Shown here piece by piece: positions 53,181 to 62,656 of a DNA stretch of 64,000 nucleotides. The notes under the pieces were generated by a model. It saw nothing but the letters and a program-made list of their open reading frames with translations, made no database searches and was not told where the DNA came from. A program made the translations under genes and the position numbers. Every line of letters starts with the position of its first letter. Position 1 is the first letter of the stretch. This stretch comes from an uncultured Verrucomicrobiae bacterium (lineage in GTDB: Bacteria; Verrucomicrobiota; Verrucomicrobiia; Limisphaerales; Palsa-1400): positions 3,808,001 to 3,872,000 of the forward strand of contig OY969763.1 of the NCBI GenBank assembly GCA_963702845.1, read 5' to 3'.

Positions 53181-54917
53181 TTATTCGCTGGGATGTCCCG
53201 ACTCCTGCACCTTCTTCAAGATCCCGTCCAGGTTATAGGTCTCAGGAGCCTGGAGCGCCGGGAATTCTTTGTAGGACATGAGTTCCTTCTGCCACAGCAA
53301 CTGGCCGATCGGCAGAATGTTCCAGTCATACAAATACGCTGTAACGGGGCCAGCCAGAGAGCCGCCCAAGCCAAGCGCTGTCTTTTGATCCGGTCCGACC
53401 GCCTGCTCGAACGGGTCGCGCAGGATGTTCTGGACCAAGGTGAAGTGGTAGGGAATCAGTGGCTGGATCCAGCCCTGCGCCCCGCCCTGCGCCATGGTGT
53501 AATACATCTTCCAATTCTTGTAGCGCACTGCCGAGGGGGTTGCGCCCGAGTAGAAGAAGAAGGTGTCGCGCGCGGACTTCTCCGACTTGCCGCTGAGGTA
53601 ATCAATCTGGTTGAAGCCATCGAGCGTGGTCTTGACGATGCCTTTGTACGCACCCTTTTCGATCTGGGCCTTCAAGTCGTTGCCCTTGGCCCCGCCGCCA
53701 ATTTCCACCAACGTCGGCAACCAGTCGAGGGACGCGAACATTTCCTTGTAGATAGTGCCGGGCTTGATATGCCCAGGCCAGCGAACGACGCAGGGAGCAC
53801 GGAAGCCGCCTTCCCATGCCTCGCCTTTCTGCCCCTTGAACGGCGTAACGCCGCCGTCCGGGAAAGAAATTGCCTCAGCACCGTTGTCGGTGGTGAAGAC
53901 GATGAGGGTGTTGTCGAGTTCACCCATGTCCTCGAGTTTTTTGAGCACGAGGCCAATGTTGTCATCCATCTGTTTCATCCCGGCTTCGTTGACGCCCCAG
54001 TCTTTGCCGCCCTTGGTGCCGACCATGTCCATATACTTCTGCGACAGCACCGTCGTGACGTGCATGCGGGCCGGGTTGTACCAACAAAAGAACGGTTTGC
54101 CCGTCTGCTTCGGATTGTTGCGGTCGAGGAAGTCAATCACGTGGGAGGAGATTTCCTCGTCCACCGTTTTCGAACGCTCCAGAGTGAGCGGACCTTCATC
54201 CTTGCCCGTCTGATTCTTCGCCGTGCCGTCGGGGGACTTCATCCAAAGGACCGGGCGGGGCGGAGTCATGCAAGTGCCGGTTTTAGGATCAATCGCGCCC
54301 GGGGTTTGCGGAATACCGGGAATCGGCTCCTGCTGGCATGGCGGACAGATGGCCTGCTCGGTCGGGCTCTTGTTGATGTCCGGGAAACTCACCTGCTGCA
54401 TGGCGTCCAGATGATAGAGGTAGCCCCAGAACTCCTGAAAGCCGTGGGCCGTCGGCAGGGCATCAGGATGATCGCCCAGGTGGTTCTTGCCGAACTCACC
54501 GGTGGTGTAGCCCTGATCGAGCAGGAACTTGGCAACCGCCGGCGTGCCCGGTCGCAAATACGACGGACTGCCCGGCAATTGCGGCGGGACCATCCCTGTG
54601 CGCAGCGGATGCATGCCGGTGAAGAAGGCATTGCGTCCGGACGTGCAGCTCGCTTCGGCATAATAGTGCATGAACATGCCGCCTTCCTTCGCGATCCGAT
54701 CAATGTTCGGCGTTTCCCCAACCATCAAGCCCCGATGATAACAACTGGGCTGCATCCACCCGATATCATCGCCCATGATGAACAAGATGTTCGGCTTTTT
54801 ACCTGAAGCCGCGCCTCCGCCGGCTTCGTCCTGCCGCGCCATCGCGCCCGCGCTCCCAAAAATCGCCGCCGCTGTAGTCAGCAGCAACAACCCACGTTTA
54901 ATTACGTTGCTGTTCAT
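53181..54917 (-). CDS. Arylsulfatase (formylglycine-type sulfatase), exported
   Basis: KPNILFIMGDDIG, TPNIDRIA.EG, SCTSGR, GKNHLG, FTTDNG, WEGGFRAP, DWLPTL. Confidence 0.93.
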   Translation of the reverse strand: MNSNVIKRGLLLLTTAAAIFGSAGAMARQDEAGGGAASGKKPNILFIMGDDIGWMQPSCYHRGLMVGETPNIDRIAKEGGMFMHYYAEASCTSGRNAFFTGMHPLRTGMVPPQLPGSPSYLRPGTPAVAKFLLDQGYTTGEFGKNHLGDHPDALPTAHGFQEFWGYLYHLDAMQQVSFPDINKSPTEQAICPPCQQEPIPGIPQTPGAIDPKTGTCMTPPRPVLWMKSPDGTAKNQTGKDEGPLTLERSKTVDEEISSHVIDFLDRNNPKQTGKPFFCWYNPARMHVTTVLSQKYMDMVGTKGGKDWGVNEAGMKQMDDNIGLVLKKLEDMGELDNTLIVFTTDNGAEAISFPDGGVTPFKGQKGEAWEGGFRAPCVVRWPGHIKPGTIYKEMFASLDWLPTLVEIGGGAKGNDLKAQIEKGAYKGIVKTTLDGFNQIDYLSGKSEKSARDTFFFYSGATPSAVRYKNWKMYYTMAQGGAQGWIQPLIPYHFTLVQNILRDPFEQAVGPDQKTALGLGGSLAGPVTAYLYDWNILPIGQLLWQKELMSYKEFPALQAPETYNLDGILKKVQESGHPSE

Positions 54918-55299
54918 TTTTCTCCCTTTCTGGATTTTGTCCTTTGTTTGTTGCCGACCACCCGGAAATCCCCGCCTCGGCTCCGCGGTTCACCGCACCA
55001 GCGAACAATTATGCTCTCGTTTCGCCGCGAGGTTGCACCACGACATCCTGTAATCGCGGCCTTTGTGCGTCGCAATGCGCCAAACCCTGTAACGCGCACT
55101 CAAACAAAGCTGCATGTCGACATCCGATGCGCTAGGCCATCGGCCACAGAAAACCATTAGTCAAAAAAACGAATGGCATCGCAACTTTCCGTCGTCATCC
55201 GGCCCACCTCAACTTCCATGCCAAGCCACCTCGCGTGGAAACTTTTTGTCCTTAAATCTGCCGTTTCTTTCCCTGGCTTCCCTCCTTTCCCTACATTTT

Positions 55300-55327
55300 T
55301 TGACAGATTAGCTACTTCCGGTACAAT
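55300..55327 (+). promoter_or_regulatory. Near-consensus sigma70 promoter
   Basis: TTGACA (55300-55305), 16-nt spacer, TACAAT (55322-55327). Confidence 0.6.
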
Positions 55328-55427
55328 GCCGACGTGAAAGGAACAGATTGCGACGCCAACCGGGAGCCAGGGATGAATCTGACGCCAGCCGTGTGCCCAG
55401 GGATTATGGGCAAGCTTGGCGGAAGCG

Positions 55428-55649
55428 AATATCACCAGATACCAGTAAATATCACCAAATATCACCAAACTAAAATTCCCTGCTCAATCCGCGCTTATCC
55501 GCACCTATCCGCGGTGATCCGCAGCAAAATTGAAATACCCACATCCACCCTGTCCATTAGCGCCCAACTCGCCGACCAGAGGTTGTCCACTTTCACCCAA
55601 TTATGCCCAGACAAGACCAATTACGCCCACTACAGCTCATTAACTGCCC
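55428..55649. repeat. Cluster of three different 10-bp-period micro-arrays
   Basis: aatatcacca x4 (55428), atccgcNNNN x4 (55487), aattaYgccc-type x5 (55599); each is followed by an A-rich tract. Confidence 0.7.
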
Positions 55650-55816
55650 AAAAAAACTTTTGCTCAAAAACACGATTTCTGCCCTTTCCCACACCGAAGC
55701 TCCTTTGCGCCAACTGCCCCCCGGTGCGTCAGTGTTTGTGCTTGCGAACTTATCCTACGAAGGTGGGTATGCGCTTGACGGGTTTTGCGGGTGGACTCAG
55801 AGTTTGCCTACCTTCT

Positions 55817-57124
55817 ATGGAAACAACAGGTCTGAATTCGCAAACTTTTCGTCAACACAACTACTCACGCGTCGTCCGGTTTATCACCGGGATGGTCGCG
55901 ACAGCCGGCGTAGTCCTGACAACGCACGTTGGTCGCGCGGGCACGTTTTTTAATTCGATTCATGACGAGAGCGGATATGCATTCTCGTCGAACGGCGAAC
56001 AGAAGTTTGCGTTCACGGAACGCACGGGAAAATTTTTAATGTGGCCATCGGCATACAGTTCGGATGAGGAATTGATGAAAAATTATGTGCGGCATGAAAG
56101 CCAGGAGTTTCGGTCCTTCGAGGAAGGCCTTTGTTGCACAGAGGTCGGCGGCAAATGGGGATTTGTGCACGATAATGGGAAGCTGGAGATCGCGCCGCAG
56201 TTTGAGGATGTGTGGCCGTTTCACGAGGGGTATGCGTGGGTGAAAAAGGACGGCAAGTGGGGATCGATCGGGCACAACGGCAAATTTGAGATCCAGCCGC
56301 GCTATGAGGAAGGCTCGGTATTCCGTTCGGGTTACGCGCGCATCAAAAGCGGTGGTAAATGGGGTTTTGTGAACAAAAGCGGCAAAGAGTTCGTGGCGCC
56401 GATTTATGATGATGTGTCGAATTTTCGCGATGGTTTTGCGGCGGTGAAGTTTCACGGCAGGTGGGGTTTTATACAATCAAGCAACGGCAAGTCAGTGATT
56501 GTCGCGGATTATGAAGATGCGTTGCCGTTCCGTGATCGGGTGGCAGCGGTAAAAAAGGAGGGTAAGTGGGGCTATGTCGATTCGTCCGGGAAGCTGACGA
56601 TTCAGCCGCAGTTTGAAGAGGCACTCGGATTTTGCGACGGTTTGGCGGCAGTGAAGAAGGATGGGAAATGGGGGTTTATCAACAAGTCAGGTGCATTCTC
56701 TGTACAGCCGCAATTTGAAGATGCGTGGTCGTTTCGCGATGGTTTTGCCGCCGTGAAAAGCCACGGCAAATGGGGCTACTTGACTGGCGAAGGAAAAATG
56801 TCGATTGAGCCGAAGTTTGATGAGGCATGGAATTTCCAAAACAATTACGCGGCGGTGAAGGTGAACGGCAAATGGGGTTATGTCGGGCGATATAGTAAAA
56901 CGAAGTTGGCGATTGCACCGCAGTTCGAGGAAGCTTGGCCCTTCAATCAAGGTTTTGCGCCAGTAAAAAAGGATGGCAAATGGGGTTATATCCGGACGGA
57001 TGGAAAATTCCGAATCCCGCCAGTTTATGACCACGCGTGGAGATTTGAAGGATTAGCGCCTGTGAAATTTCAGGGCAAATGGGGATTGCTGCGTGATAAT
57101 GGAGAAATGGTCTACGGGTGGTAG
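55817..57124 (+). CDS. WG (KWG) repeat-containing exported protein
   Basis: About nine ~35-aa repeats of GKWG(F/Y)...G...I.PQFE.A..F..G.A.VK. Start re-set to ATG 55817, downstream of TTGACG-N17-CAGAGT. Confidence 0.9.
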   Translation: METTGLNSQTFRQHNYSRVVRFITGMVATAGVVLTTHVGRAGTFFNSIHDESGYAFSSNGEQKFAFTERTGKFLMWPSAYSSDEELMKNYVRHESQEFRSFEEGLCCTEVGGKWGFVHDNGKLEIAPQFEDVWPFHEGYAWVKKDGKWGSIGHNGKFEIQPRYEEGSVFRSGYARIKSGGKWGFVNKSGKEFVAPIYDDVSNFRDGFAAVKFHGRWGFIQSSNGKSVIVADYEDALPFRDRVAAVKKEGKWGYVDSSGKLTIQPQFEEALGFCDGLAAVKKDGKWGFINKSGAFSVQPQFEDAWSFRDGFAAVKSHGKWGYLTGEGKMSIEPKFDEAWNFQNNYAAVKVNGKWGYVGRYSKTKLAIAPQFEEAWPFNQGFAPVKKDGKWGYIRTDGKFRIPPVYDHAWRFEGLAPVKFQGKWGLLRDNGEMVYGW

Positions 57125-57208
57125 CAGGAACAAAGGCTAAAGGATGAAAAGCCGAACATCCACCACGATCATCCAACGGAAATACGCTGCAAGGCGGCGC
57201 AATGCTAT

Positions 57209-58576
57209 CTAGTTTAGGGCGACGCCGCGGCGGATGTAGGTGGGCATGTCCAAATCTTCGCCGCCTCTGATCGTTGGCTCGCTTTTATCGAAGCGGCCTT
57301 TGCTCACAATCTCCAGCGGCAATTCTTTTTGTAGGCGTGAGATTTTTTTCCGGCTGCGCTTGCCTCCGGCGGCGAGGATTTGGTCGCGGGCTTCGGTCGT
57401 GAGTTCAGGGACGGGAGCAACGACGCGTGAGATTGGGCGTTCGGTTTTTGCTGGATCGAGAAATTGCGGGCGATCCAGGCCGAGTGGAGTTGCGCCGGTT
57501 TGGACGCGATCGCTGGTTAAGCCGGGTTCCGGTTTAAGGTCGAGTTTCGGGTTGCGGCTGGCGATAAGGGTGAGGCCGATTTTGTCGGTGTAGGTTTCGT
57601 TGATGCTTGCGCCGAATACCAAATTTGCTTTCTCACAATGACGGTTGATCTGGGTCATCAAACGTTGGACCTGGCCCATGGAAAGATCAGGGCCACCAAC
57701 GAGGCTGACGAGCACGGCGTCGGATTGGGCGAGGACTTCGCCGGCATCCAGGAGCGGGTGCGCGAGAAGTTTTTCGATGACCTGATCGACGCGGCTGTCG
57801 CCAATGCCTTCGACGATTGCAAAGGCACTTTCGGCGTGGCGCGCACGGGTAACGCTGCAAAGGTCGGCGAAATCGACGGGCTTGAGCGCGCTATCGGTGA
57901 GCAGTCGCCAGACACCGCGGACGGCATCGGCGAGCATTTCGTTGCTGGTGTTGAACAGCTCAACGAAGCTCGTATTTTCGTCGAGAATTTTGAAAAGTTT
58001 TTGATTCGGCAGGCAGATGACGGCGTCGGCTGCGGCTGTAAGCGATTGCAGACCGGCTTGAGCCTGTGCCTGACGGCGCATGCCTTCGAAATCGAACGGC
58101 GTGGTGACGATGGCGAGGACGAGTGCGCCGTTTTCTTTAGCGGCCTGGGCAAGGACAGAAGCTGCGCCGGTGCCAGTCCCGCCGCCAAGTCCGCACAGGA
58201 TGAAGACGAGGTCAGCGTCAGTGCAAAGCGACCTGAGATTTTGCAGATCGTCTTGAGCGACGGCACGGCCGAGATCGGGATCGCCACCCGTCCCCATACC
58301 GCGAGTACGACGAGTGCCTAAAGTGATTTTGTTTTGAACGGTCGATTTGTCGAGCGCCTGGGAATCCGTGTTCAGGGCGTAGAAGGTGCCGTTGAAATTG
58401 GAACGCGCGAGGTGGTCGGCAGCGTTGCAGCCGGCGCCGCCGATGCCGAAAATTTTGGCGGTCAAGACACGCGGGCCGGGTGCGGGTGCGGGAGCTGCGG
58501 GAGCCGGTGCGCTTGGCGTTTGATCGAACGACGTTGTCGATTCGGGTGCCGTGATTTCGGGAGATTGGTCGATCAT
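57209..58576 (-). CDS. ftsZ: Cell division protein FtsZ
   Basis: GIGGAGCNA, NTD.QAL, G.GG.P..GR, GLGGGTGTG, PF.FEG..R, C-terminal DLDMPTYIRR. Confidence 0.95.
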   Translation of the reverse strand: MIDQSPEITAPESTTSFDQTPSAPAPAAPAPAPGPRVLTAKIFGIGGAGCNAADHLARSNFNGTFYALNTDSQALDKSTVQNKITLGTRRTRGMGTGGDPDLGRAVAQDDLQNLRSLCTDADLVFILCGLGGGTGTGAASVLAQAAKENGALVLAIVTTPFDFEGMRRQAQAQAGLQSLTAAADAVICLPNQKLFKILDENTSFVELFNTSNEMLADAVRGVWRLLTDSALKPVDFADLCSVTRARHAESAFAIVEGIGDSRVDQVIEKLLAHPLLDAGEVLAQSDAVLVSLVGGPDLSMGQVQRLMTQINRHCEKANLVFGASINETYTDKIGLTLIASRNPKLDLKPEPGLTSDRVQTGATPLGLDRPQFLDPAKTERPISRVVAPVPELTTEARDQILAAGGKRSRKKISRLQKELPLEIVSKGRFDKSEPTIRGGEDLDMPTYIRRGVALN

Positions 58577-58591
58577 AGTGTGGTCTCCTCT

Positions 58592-59812
58592 TTATTTACG
58601 GAAAATTTCGTCCCAGGCGGTTTTTATGCCGTCGACGACGCCGCCGGGTTTGCGTTTGCGTTTTTGTTGGAACGAACCGAAACGGACCAAACCAATGGCC
58701 GTGGCGAATTCGGGCTGATCGAGAGCTGACTTGAGACCGCTGATTGAATTGCTGCTGCCGCGCGAAACCGGCATATCGAAAACGCTCTCAGCAAGGGTCT
58801 GAATGTGCGAAATGCGCGCACCGCCGCCAGCGAGAAAGACGCCGGCACGAACGTAATTTAGCAGGCCAAGTTCGGAAAGTTCTTGTTCGATGAGTTCAAA
58901 AATTTCTTCGAGGCGCAAGGACATGATGCGGCGCAGGTGCTCGACGTTGATCGTCTTGGAAGGCAGGCCGAGTTCGTTCGGCAGCGAAATTTTTTGGCCT
59001 CTGTCGGCGTCGCACAGAACCGCGGCGCCATGTTCGATTTTGAGTTGCTCAGCGCGACCGAGCGGAAGTTTGAGGCCGTAAGCGAGGTCATTGCTGACGT
59101 GGTCGCCGCCGACGGCGAGGACGCCGGTGTGCTTGATGACGCCATCGCAATAGACAACGTATTCGGTCGTGCCCGCGCCAATGTCGATGACGAGCGCGCC
59201 GAGTTCTTTTTGTTCGGTAGTCAGAAGCGCCAGTGACGAAGCGAGACCGGTGAAGACGATTTCGTCGACGTCGAGCTGGAGGCTTTTGACGGCGCGGATC
59301 GGATTTTTCAAACGATTAACATGGCCGTGGACGACGTGGACATCAACTTCGACGCGTGCGCCGAACATGCCAACTGGATTGGTGATGCCGGTTTGGCCGT
59401 CGATTTGGAACAATTGGCGGACGGCATGGATGACGCTATGGTCGGCGGGAAGGTTGATGGCCTTGGCATTCTTGATGACGTCCTGGACATCTTCTTCAGT
59501 GATTTCGCGATCGGCGCTGACGACGGGATGAACGCCGTGATTGTTAAAGCCGCGAATGTGATTGCCGGTGACGCCGAGGAAAACGCTACGGATTTCGACG
59601 TTGGCCATTTGCTCTGCTTCAACGATGGCGTTGCGAATGTCTTCTTCGGCTTTGACGGGGTCGCAGATTTCGCCTTTGCGCACGCCGTTGGAACGGGCCT
59701 GGCCAATACCGATGATGTTGAGCGCGCCGGCGGAATTGATTTCACCGACGACGGCGCAAATTTTCGAGGTGCCGATTTCCAGGCCAACTATGACGTTAGA
59801 TGGTTCAAACAT
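58592..59812 (-). CDS. ftsA: Cell division protein FtsA
   Basis: GLEIGTSKI, GVRKG.I, IDIGAGTT, GG..V.NDLA, AE.LKI.HG, P.FATAIGL. Start re-set to ATG 59812, overlapping the ftsQ stop. Confidence 0.95.
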   Translation of the reverse strand: MFEPSNVIVGLEIGTSKICAVVGEINSAGALNIIGIGQARSNGVRKGEICDPVKAEEDIRNAIVEAEQMANVEIRSVFLGVTGNHIRGFNNHGVHPVVSADREITEEDVQDVIKNAKAINLPADHSVIHAVRQLFQIDGQTGITNPVGMFGARVEVDVHVVHGHVNRLKNPIRAVKSLQLDVDEIVFTGLASSLALLTTEQKELGALVIDIGAGTTEYVVYCDGVIKHTGVLAVGGDHVSNDLAYGLKLPLGRAEQLKIEHGAAVLCDADRGQKISLPNELGLPSKTINVEHLRRIMSLRLEEIFELIEQELSELGLLNYVRAGVFLAGGGARISHIQTLAESVFDMPVSRGSSNSISGLKSALDQPEFATAIGLVRFGSFQQKRKRKPGGVVDGIKTAWDEIFRK

Positions 59813-60761
59813 GTTTTTTCCTGGCTCGGGTGGACTTGATGGTTTTGGGCGCAAGCGGCTGCACAGAGTTTGCAGCCACGGCACGCACCGGCAAATTGTT
59901 GGCGATGGAGAGGTCGATCGAAGCGATGGCCTTGCCCCACTTTTGGTATTGGTCGCAAATGAGACGCCAGCGACGGAATTGGGTTTCGAAGCGGTCGACG
60001 GAAAAGGTGATTTCGGCGTTTTGACTGGTGGTGACCTGCAGGATTTCCGGGCTGGTGATGTTGACGCGTTGGAGTTCAACGAGGCCGACCATCGGTGAGC
60101 GTTCGAATTCGGCGAGCAGTTTCAGGCCGGCGCGCCCCTGGACGTTATCGATTTGGTGGCCGGGTTGGAGTTCGCTGGCGGTCAGGCCGACGATGATGGG
60201 CAGGCGCTCAGGGCCAGCGAGAGGGACGGCGCGCCAACGCGGGTCGATCGGTTGGACGACGTAGCCTTCGGAATCGAGATAGTAGGTGACCTCGAGGAAT
60301 GAGCCGTTAGCGCCGGGTTGCGTGACGACGGTTTGGGCGACAGGTTCGCGTTCGCTCACGCGGATTTTTAAGGTGCGTGGCAGGACGCGCTCGACGGCGA
60401 CGAATTGAATCGGCGGAAGAATTTCGAGGTCGCGCTTTACCTTTAGAATGTCGAGGGCAAGGAGGTTTTGGCCGGCACGAACTTTGGCCCAGTAACGGAT
60501 GACATTCGTCGAGAGGACGCCGTCGGTTTGGACTTCGACCTGTTGAATGGCAAAGGCTTCGTTTTTGTAAATGAGTTTGTCGAGCAGCCACGAACCGCCC
60601 CGCCAGACGACGAGCGCGGCGAGCGTGAGCGAAAAAGCGACAGCGATGCCGACGCCCAGCAAACGTATGCGGTGCGCGCGCGTTTGACTGGTACGCAGCT
60701 TAACGTCGAGCAGCTCCGCGCGCTCAACCATTCGCCGATTTCGTCGTTTTTTGCCGAACAT
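59805..60761 (-). CDS. ftsQ: Cell division protein FtsQ/DivIB
   Basis: Basic N-tail, one TM, POTRA (VERVLPRTLKIRVSEREPVA); position between ddl and ftsA. Confidence 0.9.
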   Translation of the reverse strand: MFGKKRRNRRMVERAELLDVKLRTSQTRAHRIRLLGVGIAVAFSLTLAALVVWRGGSWLLDKLIYKNEAFAIQQVEVQTDGVLSTNVIRYWAKVRAGQNLLALDILKVKRDLEILPPIQFVAVERVLPRTLKIRVSEREPVAQTVVTQPGANGSFLEVTYYLDSEGYVVQPIDPRWRAVPLAGPERLPIIVGLTASELQPGHQIDNVQGRAGLKLLAEFERSPMVGLVELQRVNITSPEILQVTTSQNAEITFSVDRFETQFRRWRLICDQYQKWGKAIASIDLSIANNLPVRAVAANSVQPLAPKTIKSTRARKKHV

Positions 60762-61720
60762 TATTTTTTACGTTTCATGGCCAGTTCGACCATGCGCTGG
60801 CAGACTTGCGGGTAATTCATGCCCGCAGCGGCTGCGATTTCTGGAAAAAGACTAACTTCGGTCATGCCGGGCAGTGTGTTCACTTCGAGCACGATGGGGT
60901 TGCCTTGCGCGGTGACCATGACATCGACACGCGAGTAGTCCCGAGCGCCGACGGCTTTGAACGCAGCGAGCGCGGCAGCCTGGATTTTTTTGGTTGTTTC
61001 GGCATCGAAGTCCGCAGGACAAAAATGATCGCTTGCGCCGGGAGTGTATTTATTTTTGTAATCGTTGGGCCCTTGTTTGACGCGGACTTCGGCGACGGGC
61101 AACGCTTCATCGCCAAGGATGCCGACAGTAGTTTCGCGGCCGATGATTTTTTCTTCCATCAACACCTGGGTGTCGTAACGGAAGGCCTCGGCGAGCTTGG
61201 TGGCGAATTCTTCAACCCGATCGACCATCTGCAGACCGACGCTGGAACCTTGACGAACCGGCTTGAGGACGACGGGCGGATTCCAGCCGCGCGGCCAGGT
61301 GGTTTTTGGTGAATCGAACACTTCGAAGCGAGCGGTCGGCACGCCATGGGCGACGCAGGCTTTTTTGGTCAGCACTTTATCGAAGGCGATGCGACTGGCT
61401 TCAGCATCGCAACCGGTATAGGCGATGCCGATTTTTTCCAATTCGGTTTGGACGGTGCCATCTTCACCGTAGGTGCCGTGAAGCGCGAGGAAAACGACAT
61501 CGGTGCCGGGAAGGAGGGACCAACCGGGTACGGATTTTGCGCTGCGTTTGGATTTGGAAGCGGGCGCGGGAGATTCGACTTTCGCGCCGGGATCGACTTC
61601 GTAAACGTCGTGCCCGAGCGAGCGCAATGCTTTCGCGACGGCTGCGCCTGAACGCAATGACACTTCGCGTTCGGCTGAAGGACCGCCCAACATCACTGCA
61701 ATTTTTAAAGGCTTAATCAT
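60761..61720 (-). CDS. ddl: D-alanine--D-alanine ligase
   Basis: GGPSAEREVSLRSG, ALHG.YGEDG, KP...GSSVG, DY..KY, LEVNTLPGMT..S. Confidence 0.96.
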   Translation of the reverse strand: MIKPLKIAVMLGGPSAEREVSLRSGAAVAKALRSLGHDVYEVDPGAKVESPAPASKSKRSAKSVPGWSLLPGTDVVFLALHGTYGEDGTVQTELEKIGIAYTGCDAEASRIAFDKVLTKKACVAHGVPTARFEVFDSPKTTWPRGWNPPVVLKPVRQGSSVGLQMVDRVEEFATKLAEAFRYDTQVLMEEKIIGRETTVGILGDEALPVAEVRVKQGPNDYKNKYTPGASDHFCPADFDAETTKKIQAAALAAFKAVGARDYSRVDVMVTAQGNPIVLEVNTLPGMTEVSLFPEIAAAAGMNYPQVCQRMVELAMKRKK

Positions 61721-61723
61721 TAT

Positions 61724-62656
61724 TTATTCCGGATCTTCGCCCAAAATTTCTACTTCAGTTTCGAGTTCGATGCTGTGCTCGGCTTTCACTTTTTCGCGGA
61801 TGAACTCAATCAGTTGCAATACGTCGGCAGCGGTGGCGTTTTTTTCGTTCACGATAAAATTGCCGTGAACGGGTGAAATCATCGCGCCGCCAACCCGCTT
61901 GCCTTTCAAACCGAGTTCCTGGATCAGCTTGCCGGCAGCAGTTTTTTCCGGGTTTTTGAAAATACAACCGGCGCTGGGGTTTCTGGGCTGCGAACACCAG
62001 CGACGTTCGTTAAAATTATTTGTCCGCGCGACGATGGCTTCTTTGCTATCAGGGTCGCCACGAAAAATCGCGCTCAACGCAATGTGCGTGCGGAGCATCG
62101 GGCAGGAGCGGTATACGACTTCGATTTGGTTGACGAAGACGTCGTGAACCTCCCCTTCCCTATCCATGTAGCTGATTTGTTCGATACGTTCGAAAGTCGC
62201 GCTGCCCATAGCTCCGGCGTTCATGCGCATCGCGCCTCCAACACTGCCGGGGATACCGCCGAGAAATTCGAGGCCGGCGAGACCGTTTTGGCGAGCGGTA
62301 TTACAAACTTCCTTGAGACTGGCGCCTGCGCCGCACTTCAGGTACGGGCCGGAGACTTTGATTTCCGAAAAAGCTTGGTGCCAGAGGCGGACGACAACGC
62401 CGCGAATCCCGCCGTCGCGGATCAGGAGATTTGAACCGCGACCGAGGACGGTGAGCGGGATGTCGGCTTGCGTGCAGAAACGGAACAGGCGCGCGAGATC
62501 AAATACGCTGCACGGTTCGACATAGACGTCCGCAGGGCCGCCGACACGAAGAGTAGTTTTTTTCGCGAGCGATTCGTTCAGCCGGAGAACGGATTCCGGT
62601 GCGAGCACGTGCTTCAGATCGGCAAAAATTTGCTCCTTGTTCATCACATCAAGCAT
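61724..62656 (-). CDS. murB: UDP-N-acetylenolpyruvoylglucosamine reductase
   Basis: TTLRVGGPAD, LGRGSNLL, GLEFLGGIPGSVGG..MNAGA, SAGCIFKNP, HGNFIVN, LETEV. Start re-set to ATG 62656 (62644 alternative). Confidence 0.95.
   Translation of the reverse strand: MLDVMNKEQIFADLKHVLAPESVLRLNESLAKKTTLRVGGPADVYVEPCSVFDLARLFRFCTQADIPLTVLGRGSNLLIRDGGIRGVVVRLWHQAFSEIKVSGPYLKCGAGASLKEVCNTARQNGLAGLEFLGGIPGSVGGAMRMNAGAMGSATFERIEQISYMDREGEVHDVFVNQIEVVYRSCPMLRTHIALSAIFRGDPDSKEAIVARTNNFNERRWCSQPRNPSAGCIFKNPEKTAAGKLIQELGLKGKRVGGAMISPVHGNFIVNEKNATAADVLQLIEFIREKVKAEHSIELETEVEILGEDPE

Noticed and set aside
53130..54806. 558-aa plus-strand ORF
   Set aside because: Antisense shadow of the GC-rich arylsulfatase; no recognisable motifs.
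55817..57124. DNA-level repeat array or diversity-generating target in the WG gene
   Set aside because: Repeats are protein-level with synonymous divergence; no reverse transcriptase or template repeat was seen.
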